The position numbers and the translations under genes were made by a program. The notes under the pieces were generated by a model. That model saw only the letters and a program-made list of their open reading frames with translations. It searched no databases and was not told where the DNA came from. A stretch of DNA of 61,986 bases, counting the filler. It is 10 parts of 10 records of this genome, joined end to end, with 100 filler letters (N's around TTAATTAATTAA, not from the genome) between each part and the next. Parts side by side here need not be neighbours in the genome. Positions count along the whole stretch, not along the records: positions 1 to 6,038 come from SRR7504441_5237; positions 6,139 to 11,250 come from SRR7504441_5240; 8 more parts are not named here. The stretch is one strand, 5' to 3'. Below, in pieces: positions 1 through 9,018 of this stretch (within the stretch, counting starts at the first letter, position 1; every line of letters starts with the position of its first letter).

Positions 1-191
1 AAATCGATGCGCGCTTCGCTGTAGCTTAGATTCTTGAGCTGCTCGAGTCGCACAATCGCGCTAATGACGCGATGGTCCCAAGAACGCGCCTAGATCCATC
101 GCAGCTCTATCGCAGCTCCAGCCCTCACGTGGCCTAGTGCAAGTTACATGGCTCAACAAAAGCCCAATCCCGGTTGCGGGGCAAAAGTGAT

Positions 192-263
192 CGCCACGAC
201 CGGGAATCGAACCCGGGTCACCTGCGTGACAGGCAGGTATACTCACCGCTATACTATCGCGAC
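192..263 (-). tRNA. trnD: tRNA-Asp(GTC)
   Basis: Minus strand GTCGCGATAGTATAGCGGTGAGTATACCTGCCT-GTC-ACGCAGGTGACCCGGGTTCGATTCCCGGTCGTGGCG folds as a cloverleaf with GTC anticodon and GTTCGA T-loop; no encoded CCA; TTTT Pol III terminator at 183-186. Confidence 0.97.
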
Positions 264-325
264 AACTTGACTTCAGGTGCAAACTGTAATAGATTTTTAT
301 ATCATGTTAGTCGGCGCCCGGCCAG

Positions 326-1336
326 ATGCTAGCAGCGGCGGAGGTCGAGCTCGCTGGGCTCCAGCAGGCGGTGCGGGCCGACAGGGCGGCGCGGCTCTGC
401 TGCGCCGCCGGCCCGATGCGCGTGTGCCCCGACTGCCTGGCCCAGGCCCGGGCGGGCTGGGCCGCCGGCGGGGTGCGGGCTGAGGATCCGGACCACCGCC
501 GGTGCGGACGGCGGGTGGCTGTAGACACGTCCAGCAGGGGGCTCAAGCCGTTCCTGCTGGCCCAGTGCGCCTGGACCCGCCCGGTGCTGGCCGGGCTGAT
601 GCAGCGGATCGCCCCTGTGGATGCGGCTGAGACCAAGCAGATGCTCCACGGCCTGGACCTGGTCACCCGGAACGGCAGGATGGGCGAATTCGGGGCCGAG
701 GGCGGCCGGAGCGGGTACATTTACAAGCGATTCCTCAAGCGCGCCTCCTACGTCGGGGCAGCGCTCCTCCAGCCTGAGGCCGCCGAGCTGCTGCAGCGGC
801 TGTTCAGTCGTCCCAAGCTGCGCGTGGCCTCTGTCGGCGGGGCGGCCGGGTCGGATGTGGCCGGGCTGCTGGCGCTGCGCGAGTACCTGCGTAGCGGCAC
901 CCGGCTCAGCTGCGCGGTTTATGACTACGAGCAAGGGTGGTCTCCGGCTGTCTGTGCTCTGTCCGCAGCACTGCGGGAGCACACAGGCGTGCATTCGGGC
1001 GTGCAGTTCGGGCGGTGCGACGTGCGGCAACCGCTGAGCGCACCGGTGAATCGGCAGCTGGCGGGGCAGCAGCCGGAGTTGCTGATGTTTTGGTATGTCC
1101 TGGTAGAGAACTATCAGGCACTGAGGGAAGGCCGATTCGCGTTGCTGCGGGGGTTGCTCGACCAAGCCAATCCGGGGACAGTGTTTGTGTTTATGGATAG
1201 CTCGTTCATGCTCTGGGAGGAGATTGTTGCGCTCGCCAAGGAGGCGTGGGGCGGTCAGGCCGTGCAGGCTCTGTATCCGAAGCACGGTCGGATGTTCGGC
1301 AACACACTCATATTATGCCATGCAAATAGCCAATAG
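326..1336 (+). CDS. hypothetical protein, possible SAM-dependent methyltransferase fold
   Basis: 336-aa ORF; VASVGGAAGSD resembles class I MTase motif I, followed by VYDYE, FGRCDV and VFVFMD strands; AT-rich 3' flank. Confidence 0.55.
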   Translation: MLAAAEVELAGLQQAVRADRAARLCCAAGPMRVCPDCLAQARAGWAAGGVRAEDPDHRRCGRRVAVDTSSRGLKPFLLAQCAWTRPVLAGLMQRIAPVDAAETKQMLHGLDLVTRNGRMGEFGAEGGRSGYIYKRFLKRASYVGAALLQPEAAELLQRLFSRPKLRVASVGGAAGSDVAGLLALREYLRSGTRLSCAVYDYEQGWSPAVCALSAALREHTGVHSGVQFGRCDVRQPLSAPVNRQLAGQQPELLMFWYVLVENYQALREGRFALLRGLLDQANPGTVFVFMDSSFMLWEEIVALAKEAWGGQAVQALYPKHGRMFGNTLILCHANSQ

Positions 1337-1369
1337 AGCTGCAATGGGCTCTCAGTAAAGTTAATACTG

Positions 1370-2235
1370 CTAGCTCAGGGTTGTTGCTATTAACTTAGCG
1401 GTGCTAGATGGTGAGCTATGCACGCTTTGCTTGCAGGTAGGGCACACTGGCCTACAAGCAGTGCCTAGCCAACGGCGAATGCAATCCAGGTGAAACGTGT
1501 GACTACACGGTAGTGAGACCACCTGTTCAGCGCTGGCCATGTCCTCTAGGCAGATTGGGCAGCAGTCTCCGGGCAGACCCTCTCTCTTAATCCAATCATT
1601 TGGAATGCTAAACGACCGCGGCACCGCCGGCCTGCCAGCCGGTGGGCGCGACCAGCTGCCCAGCCACCTGTCGCTGACTGAGGGCACACCCGGCCGCCGG
1701 AGCAGCCCCGCTTGTCCCAGCGCAGCCGCCACCCTCTGCCCCGGGCTCGCCTGGCTACCATCGGCCGGGCGCCTGGCCGGCTCGTCGGGCCATCCCGTTC
1801 GACGGCGGCACGATCGGTGCAGGAGTCACACGCACCGCGGGCTGCCGCCTGCGGGGCCGGCGGGGGGGTGGGGCAAGCTCGGCCGCCCTGGCCTCGACCC
1901 GCCGGACCGCCGGCCGGTTGACACGGTGCACCTGCCCACCCTGCCCACCCTCTACACTGTGCGCGCACCTGCTCTGCCAGCGCACCGGCCGCTCGGCGGA
2001 TCGCGCGGGTCTCGCTGCCCAGGTCGGTTGCTGTGGGAGCGGCCGGGCGGAGGGAGACCACCCGCTGCTGCAACGAGCGGATCCTGGCGCTGCGCCGGCT
2101 GGCTGAGAGGCGAGGCGGGCGGCGCCTGAGGGCCGGGTCGTCGGCCAGCAGCGGCAGCTCGAGCAGCTCGCCCAGGCCCCGGTCGATCGAGGCCGCCGCC
2201 CGCTCCCTTCGCGCCAACAGGGGTCCACCCTGCAT
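1370..2235 (-). CDS. RING-H2 zinc-finger protein (putative E3 ligase), spliced
   Basis: C-terminal CPICLEDM..LPCSHTFHLDCIRRWL..CPTCK; frames joined by short introns including a GC-AG intron at 1736-1772 that carries an in-frame TAG. Start approximate. Confidence 0.75.
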
Positions 2236-2343
2236 TGAGAGATTTCCGTTGCGGAAGAACGTTGGACAGGCGGCAACTCCGGCAAGGGCTTGAGCAGCAG
2301 CGGAGGAGCTCCACGGTCAGACCAGATGCCGGGGTCACAATCG

Positions 2344-4941
2344 ATGGGTGCGCGGGCTTAGCGTCGGTACGGCTGAGCCGGGGGCAGGCGCGTTGGAGGG
2401 GCTGGTGCCTCTCGTGAACGACCTCCAAGACATCTTCAACGGGCTGGGCTTCTCTCCCATTCAACTGCCCCAGATCTGCGTACCTGCCCCCTCCGCCGGC
2501 CCCCCAGCGGCGGGCAGACGCTCGGCGGACAATCCGCGGGGAAGAGTTCGGTGCTCGAAGCGATCGTCGGGAAGGATTTTCTGCCTCGTGCGCCTCCCCC
2601 CCCGCCCCGGGCCGCTGACCGGCCGCAGGCGGCTCCGGGATCGTCACCCGGCGCCCGCTGCTGCTCCAGCTGGTCAACCCGCACAAGACCGAGTGGGAGG
2701 AGACCGAGGACGAGGTGCGCTGGCCCACGGCCCACGGCCGAACCGCCCCGGGCCAGACCACCGGCAAGACAATCTGGGTCAACGTACTTACCAACGAGCG
2801 ACGGGACACCGAGCCGCCGCGTACGGCCGGCGGGGAAGGTGCGCCCGGCCGGGTCGGCGGGCGGCTGAGCGGGCGGCAGAGTATGGCGAGTTCCTGCACC
2901 TGCCAGACAAGAAATTCCGTGACTTTGCCGCGATTCGCGATGAGATCGATCGGTACACAGAAGAGACCTGCCCGAACCAGACAGTCTCACCGGAGCCGAT
3001 CCGGCTCAAAATCGTCTCGCCGGACGTGCTCACCATGACGCTGGTCGACTTGCCCGGTATGACACGCAACCCCGTCGGCGGGCAGCCGGAGGATATCATG
3101 ATTCAGATAAACAACATGGTCGAGACGTACATCTCGAACGAGAATTGTATCATCCTGGCGGTCACCCCGGCCAACCAGGACTTGGCCAACTCGGACGCGC
3201 TCGCGATGGCCCGCAAGCACGACCCGAGCGGGACCCGCACGATCGGTGTGCTCACCAAGCTTGACTTGATGGACGACGGGACTGACGCTTCGGGCATGCT
3301 TGAGGGCCGGGACTACCCGCTCCGGTTAGGGTACGTTGGGGTGGTCAACCGGTCGCAGAAGGCAATCAATGAGCGGCAGCCGATGCGAGTGGCGTTTGCT
3401 GAGGAGCGAAAGTTCTTTGAGCAGCATGCAGCGTATCTGCACATGGCCAATAGAATGGGGACAGCCTACCTGTGCAAGGTGCTCAACAAGACGCTGGTCA
3501 ACCACATCAAAGACAAACTTCCGGAGATTCGAGCCAAAATCAACATGATGGCCGCCGCAAAGGAGGCCGAGCTTGAGGAGCTCGGAGGCGACGCCATTCT
3601 GGAGGAAGAAGACAGGAAATATCTGCTGCTCACCACTCTCAACAAGATTGCCAACGACTTTCGCAAGGTGCTCGACGGCACCTCCGAAAAGGTGTCCGAC
3701 AAGGAGGTGATGGGCGGCGCTAAGATCCGTCAGATCTTTGCCAAGAATTTCGCCCAGACGATGGGTGATCTAGTCAAAAGCAACATGCAGGAAATGAACA
3801 AAGAGCTGCCGGTGCTGTTCCAGAACGTCCAGGGCGTTAGCAGGGGCATCTTCGTGCCCGACCGTCTGTTCGAGGTGCTGGTCCAGAAACAGGTCGAGCG
3901 GTTCCGTGACCCGTCTAGGATGTGTGCCAGACACGTTCACGACGAGCTCAACACGCTGGTTAATGACCTCCAGTCGCCGGAACTGTCCCGGTTTGTCAAC
4001 CTGAGGGAGCACGTGGTGCAAGTGATTGCTGGGATGCTGCACTCGCGGCTGCAGAACACCACCGACATGATCAACGGGCTGCTTGATATGGAGCTCAAGG
4101 TAAACACTGAGCACCCGGACTTCGTATCTGGCCAGTCGATGCAGTCACTGTATGGCGAGGACGAGGCGTTCGAGAAGTCAATCGGGACGCACGCGGCGGA
4201 CGATATCGCGATCCCTGAGGAGCAGGAGAAGTACCGGACCCAGATGCTCACGCTCGTGTTTAACCACCTGGATAAGAACCACGACGGCGCCGTCGATATT
4301 GATGAGATCAAGAAGTGGGGAGAGGACCTGCGTGGCAAGCCGTACACTCCGGAGGAGGTGGACAAGATCCTCGAGTCCTTCGATGCCGACCAGAACAAGC
4401 AAATCACGCTCGAGGAGTGGCTCAAGTACCACCGGGTGGTGATCCCGGCCGCCTATTCTGTAGCTCAATTCGACAAGAGCCTGGAGAATTACCTTCCAAA
4501 GAAGACGCTCTCGGAGATGACTACCCGGCTGCCCACTGTGGTCCGGCACGAGGCTATGAGGTCGCAGGACGACACCAAGAAGATGGTGCTCATCGCACGG
4601 TGGGCCGATTGGCTTGCCGGCTTGAGCTGGCGGTGCAGGATGGTCACGGACTACACGTCGATCGTGCACAAGACTGTACAAGACTCGATTCCGAAGGCGA
4701 TCATGCTACTCATGGTCAACGATGTGGCCTACAACGTGCAGGACGAGCTTCTCAAGAGGCTGTGCGCCGTTCCCCGCGGCTGGTGGGCTCACTGGCCGGC
4801 AGGTATCAAGACTCTATGCTCGAGCAGTTGCTTGAGGAAGATCCGGAGATTGATGCACAGCGCCGCCGGTGCAGACAAATGGTCACAGTGCTCAGGAAAG
4901 CTTGTGAGGTCCTCAACACTGTGAACGACAAGACGGTTTAG
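2344..4941 (+). CDS. dynamin-related GTPase (DRP/Vps1/Dnm1-like) with WW-like and EF-hand inserts; 7 introns
   Basis: Removing GT-AG introns 2348-2387, 2480-2517, 2588-2628, 2715-2756, 2839-2879, 4600-4638 and 4762-4802 gives MGALEGLVPLVNDLQD, GGQSAGKSS, GIVTRRP, DLPG, TKLD, a middle domain and a GED (DSIPKAIM..LLEEDP). Confidence 0.95.
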
Positions 4942-5171
4942 TCGCCCGGCAGACGAGACGGGCCGGTGGTAGACTTGTAGGCTAGTTGGCTAGAATGGTG
5001 ATGGGCACAGACTCCGTTTCGGATTGATCTGCTGTCGTTGGCAATCTTGTTAGGTGTCCATGACCAATCTGGCCACTAGCCTGCATTTACTAGATTAGCC
5101 ACAACTGCCGGCATTACAGAGAAAATAAGTTTATCTGCCGCTATTAGTACGTGATTAAGCAGAGTTTTATG

Positions 5172-5863
5172 CTATCGCATGTGCATTTTGTCTATATCCT
5201 CAAAGTCCACACTCTGGCCATCCACAATCCGGAACCGCGCATAGATCCGCCGGCCGTATCTACAGATCAGGCAGAGCCCGCCCACCAGGATCAGGGACCC
5301 GAGCACCGCAATATCTGGGTCCATCAGGATCCAGCACGCCGCGATCGCCGCCAGCATAAACGAGACGATCCCCGCCGCGAACGCAAAGAACACTTGGTAC
5401 CGCTCCTCTATCATCCCATCCACCGCCCGGTTGATCGACCCGTCCGGGCCACGCAGCGCCAGCCCCGGACCTGCCCCGCGCCGTCGGCCGGCCGGAGCTG
5501 GCTCCAGCCACCCCAGACGCAGATGAACGTAGTGCTGCACACGCAGTGCAGCTCAAAGGCCAGGCACAATACTGTAGAGACGTAGAAACAGGTCTGGACC
5601 ACCGATGAGCAGCCCCGGGCCCGGGCCGGCGCCTTGAACAGCCTCGGAGTGTCCTCCGGCACGTGCAGCTCGGCCAGGGCCGTCATCGAGAAACCAGCGA
5701 TCAGCGCGGCCTGCCCAACCCTCTCCGGCGGGCGGGCGGCGGGCGGCGCCTGGGTGCCGACCGCCGAGAAGTTATCGTTGAAGAAGTTGAGCTCCTTCTC
5801 GCGCAGGGTGAGCGCGCTCTGCTTCAGGTTGGACAAGAGCAGCTCCTTGTCCGCGTTCAACAT
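5172..5863 (-). CDS. Orai-like four-TM membrane protein; 3 introns
   Basis: Removing introns 5711-5749 and 5594-5632 (GC-AG) and 5471-5511 (GT-AG) gives NFSAVGTQAALIAGFSMTALAEL (compare Orai TM1 SRTSALLSGFAMVAMVEV), WGPGLALRGPDGS and four hydrophobic segments. Confidence 0.65.
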
Positions 5864-5926
5864 CTTGCCTGCAGCCGCCCGGGGGCAATTTGCCGTTGGT
5901 CACCAGGCGGGTGGCCAGGGTCGCCG

Positions 5927-5980
5927 ATCTCCCCACAGATGGAGGCTGCGGCCATCTCCCCACAGATGGAGGCGGCGGCC
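5927..5980 (+). repeat. 27-bp tandem duplication over a probable start codon of a contig-truncated gene
   Basis: ATCTCCCCACAGATGGAGGC(T/G)GCGGCC twice (5927-5953, 5954-5980), one mismatch. Confidence 0.85.
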
Positions 5981-6038
5981 AAGCTGGGGTACATGAAGCT
6001 CAAGCGTTGGCTGGTCGAGCTCGGGGTGCCCAAGAGCA

Positions 6039-6138
6039 NNNNNNNNNNNNNNNNNNNNNNNNNNNNNNNNNNNNNNNNNNNNTTAATTAATTAANNNNNN
6101 NNNNNNNNNNNNNNNNNNNNNNNNNNNNNNNNNNNNNN
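6039..6138. other. artificial contig spacer (also 11251-11350, 20499-20598, 27353-27452, 30995-31094, 37345-37444, 43940-44039, 48633-48732, 56459-56558)
   Basis: Identical 100-bp N44-TTAATTAATTAA-N44 linkers with stops in all six frames. Confidence 0.99.
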
Positions 6139-6139
6139 C

Positions 6140-8269
6140 TTGTATCGCTACTTTGGACCTCCCTCCCCAAGGACTACTGGCTGCTGTATGGGCCCCAACC
6201 AGGTCTCAACCCACCGCCGGGGACGAACCTTTCGGGCGTCAGTGGCTCGCAAGCGATCGACGGGCGCGCGACTCTGTAGCAGCGGTAGAAACCCTAGCCG
6301 GACGGTGCCGCGGCCTCGGGTGAGGGGACGCAGCTCGAGCCCACCAGTCTCCGAACTCGTGTGCGGGATGGTCCTTGGCCAGCAATCGGGCTACATTGAA
6401 GCTAGACGGCATGCCGAATCACAGAAACAGCCGAACACATCCTCCCTGGATCACAGCCGGCTACACCCGCGGGCCCAGCTGAGCGGTCCCAATATGCTAG
6501 GGCAGGCTTGCCAGCCCATACAATTGCCAGATGATCGGTCCAGCAGCGGCCCTCCAGGGTGGCCGCCATCCTCCTGCGCGATGCCAATGGCTGATTCCAG
6601 CCGCCAGAGCCAGCTGACCATTACCCAACAAGGGATGACAACTGGGCCTGTGACGTTCGCGCATCCCAGAGCGCGGGCCGCCTTGGGGCTGACTAGGTCT
6701 GGTGAGCAGGTACCTGGGAGCGGGGAGGTCATCACCAGCCCCTCCCCCACACCGGAACGGGTGGAGGCTTCCCTTGAATGGTTCCGGACTCTATCTCCTG
6801 GTAGGAAGCACGATGCTGCCGAGCATGCAGTCGCCAGAGTGAGTGTGTCGGCCAAGGAAGAGGTGGATCAAGCGCTTAAAGACGTGCAGCAGCACGCTTT
6901 CACTGCCAAGACGCTCATACAGCAAATCGCGCCGTTTCCAAAACAATGTCGCCACAACTACAGTGACCCAGCTTCCCAGCCAGTAGACGCTGCCACGCCA
7001 TCACCACTTGTGCAAGCGGCTGCGCTTGCCAAGCAACGTGAAGAGCATCTCTGCCAGTTTCAACCGCACCAGCCCAGGCAGAGGCTTGTCCCAACTAGTC
7101 CGTCGGGTCCATCCCAGGGCCTTGTACCCCCTCTTCTCCAGCCGGGCCAACGACACAGGTCTGGCCACCCGGGGCAACCAGACTCGCGTCGCGGGCCCAA
7201 GCCCCACCACCGGCTGCAGGACCAAAGCCAGAATTTGCCTAATCAGATGGTTGCCAGCATTGCCGCCCCAATGCTGCAGCATCCGCCACCAGGAAGATCT
7301 GCGCCAACGCCAGAGCAAGTACACCAGCCAGAGGTGGAGCCGAAAGTCCCGGCTCGTTCAGCCTCGGAGTATGCAGCAGCTCATTCAGCCAGTGTTGCAG
7401 CTGCCACCACAGCAAGCACTGAGAAGTCAATTGCAGCCGCACTGCAGCAGCTAAAGCCTGAATCAATGCAGGAGCACCAGGCTGTCGAGGGTGGGAGGGC
7501 GACACGGTGCGCAGTGGCAGAGGCAGCGGCCGAGTGGACCAAGCGTGAAGAATCTGAAGCGTATGCCAAGGTTGAGGCCATAGGCAAGATGGCTGATCAC
7601 CATCTGGCTACCTGGGAGGAGCAGCAAGAGTCCAGGACAAAGGCACCAAAGGAAGCAGCCAGCGCCGTGGCCGCTGAAGTTGCGACACGCGCAATGTGCA
7701 CAACAGCCCAGCACAGCAGCCCAGGCTGTCCTGAGGCAAACGAGCTGAGTCTAGGCAGCTTAGCCGGGCCGCACCAACGGGTCTCCCACACTCCGTCATT
7801 GGTACGGGAGCTAACCCTAGAGAGGGGACACGATCGGACCCAGCTTGAAACTGTATTGATCGAATCTCACCGAACTAGGTACTCTAAGCCAGCCAGTTCG
7901 CTGTCCTGCTCAACCCGTTCAGTGATATCAAGTGCCAAGCCAGCAGGCGGATTCAGTTCGAGCGAACAAGTATCGTCTCTGCCTGCAGCCAGTGAGTGCG
8001 TGTCGAGCCAGCTGTCCATCTCCATATCAGAGATCCGAAGGCTCAAGGCTGAGAACCAGCAGCTTGGACTCAAACTTTGCAAACTCAAGGGAGCAGATTT
8101 AAGTGATACAGATGAACCTACCAAAGTGGAGTCAACTATGTGTAATCTTGCTAACGAACCTCAAGCAGTGGCTGAGATCCAAACACTCAAGTGCGAAAAC
8201 TTGCGGCGAAGGATGATGGTCCACCACCTTCATGAGTTAAATTGTACAGAAGAGCAAAATGAATGTTAA
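6140..8269 (+). CDS. hypothetical low-complexity protein with short coiled-coil segments; true start uncertain
   Basis: 709-codon open frame rich in S/P/Q/A, two similar EIxxLKxENxxL segments near the C-terminus, AT-rich 3' flank; no recognisable domain. Confidence 0.5.
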   Translation: MYRYFGPPSPRTTGCCMGPNQVSTHRRGRTFRASVARKRSTGARLCSSGRNPSRTVPRPRVRGRSSSPPVSELVCGMVLGQQSGYIEARRHAESQKQPNTSSLDHSRLHPRAQLSGPNMLGQACQPIQLPDDRSSSGPPGWPPSSCAMPMADSSRQSQLTITQQGMTTGPVTFAHPRARAALGLTRSGEQVPGSGEVITSPSPTPERVEASLEWFRTLSPGRKHDAAEHAVARVSVSAKEEVDQALKDVQQHAFTAKTLIQQIAPFPKQCRHNYSDPASQPVDAATPSPLVQAAALAKQREEHLCQFQPHQPRQRLVPTSPSGPSQGLVPPLLQPGQRHRSGHPGQPDSRRGPKPHHRLQDQSQNLPNQMVASIAAPMLQHPPPGRSAPTPEQVHQPEVEPKVPARSASEYAAAHSASVAAATTASTEKSIAAALQQLKPESMQEHQAVEGGRATRCAVAEAAAEWTKREESEAYAKVEAIGKMADHHLATWEEQQESRTKAPKEAASAVAAEVATRAMCTTAQHSSPGCPEANELSLGSLAGPHQRVSHTPSLVRELTLERGHDRTQLETVLIESHRTRYSKPASSLSCSTRSVISSAKPAGGFSSSEQVSSLPAASECVSSQLSISISEIRRLKAENQQLGLKLCKLKGADLSDTDEPTKVESTMCNLANEPQAVAEIQTLKCENLRRRMMVHHLHELNCTEEQNEC

Positions 8270-9018
8270 AGAGATTTATGAATTAATGAGCCATTTTAAT
8301 GTGTTGTAAAGGGTCGTTTACCGAAGGGGAAGGGTGGGCACCCTTAGGTTATTATTACCCTTGTGCACATGTGTGCCAAAGGCGCTCGCCTCCGACAGCG
8401 ACAGTTCCAGGTCGGTTATGAGTCGGGTTACAACCGGCTCGTCCAACCTCTACGACTATAGACCCATGAAGGATCCATAAGACAAGCGGCGCACGTGCAC
8501 GATTCGCACGGTTTATTTACGTGGTGCTGCACGCAAATGAGACATTTTCGATACACCCCGACGAGCCTCACGTGCACGTGCGCGACCTGCCGCGCGATCC
8601 AGGCGGCTCGAGGCCGCCGGTGGCCTCTCCAATGAGCTACCAATGAGTAACCAATGAGCGGCTTGAGGCTGCCTTCTATACCGCCGACGGCACCTTGCGA
8701 TCGGCTCTACGGTACCGGTAGAATGCTTTGGAATCGAATGCGATTTGACATTCGGAGGACGGCAGTCTGCGGGAAATACTCCACAAGGGGTCTAGGCAAT
8801 TTTAGAGGATTTCAATAAATATTCTGAGCAAGTTTCTTTTTCGACAAGAAGGCTACAAGAAGGCGCTCGCCACCCCGAGACATTAGCGAGCTAGACCTTG
8901 CCATGAGAGCTCCCATGTCACACCCTTTAGTGAGCCGTATTTCAATCTGAATAAAACTGAGATGAACGCCATGACGATTGCGCAAAGCACCTAGGAGTTC
9001 CTGGCTACTAGCCTCCTA

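Noticed and set aside
61-282. 73-aa minus-strand ORF, and the many short overlapping ORFs in the track
   Set aside because: This ORF is a translation of the tRNA-Asp locus; the others are GC-driven alternative-frame ORFs over real genes.
2348-4924. 858-aa dynamin ORF with apparent frameshifts and a missing G1 motif
   Set aside because: Fully explained by seven short GT-AG introns; not a pseudogene or programmed frameshift.
6039-6138. Recurring TTAATTAATTAA palindrome flanked by Ns (nine copies)
   Set aside because: Artificial concatenation linker, not a biological repeat or CRISPR array.
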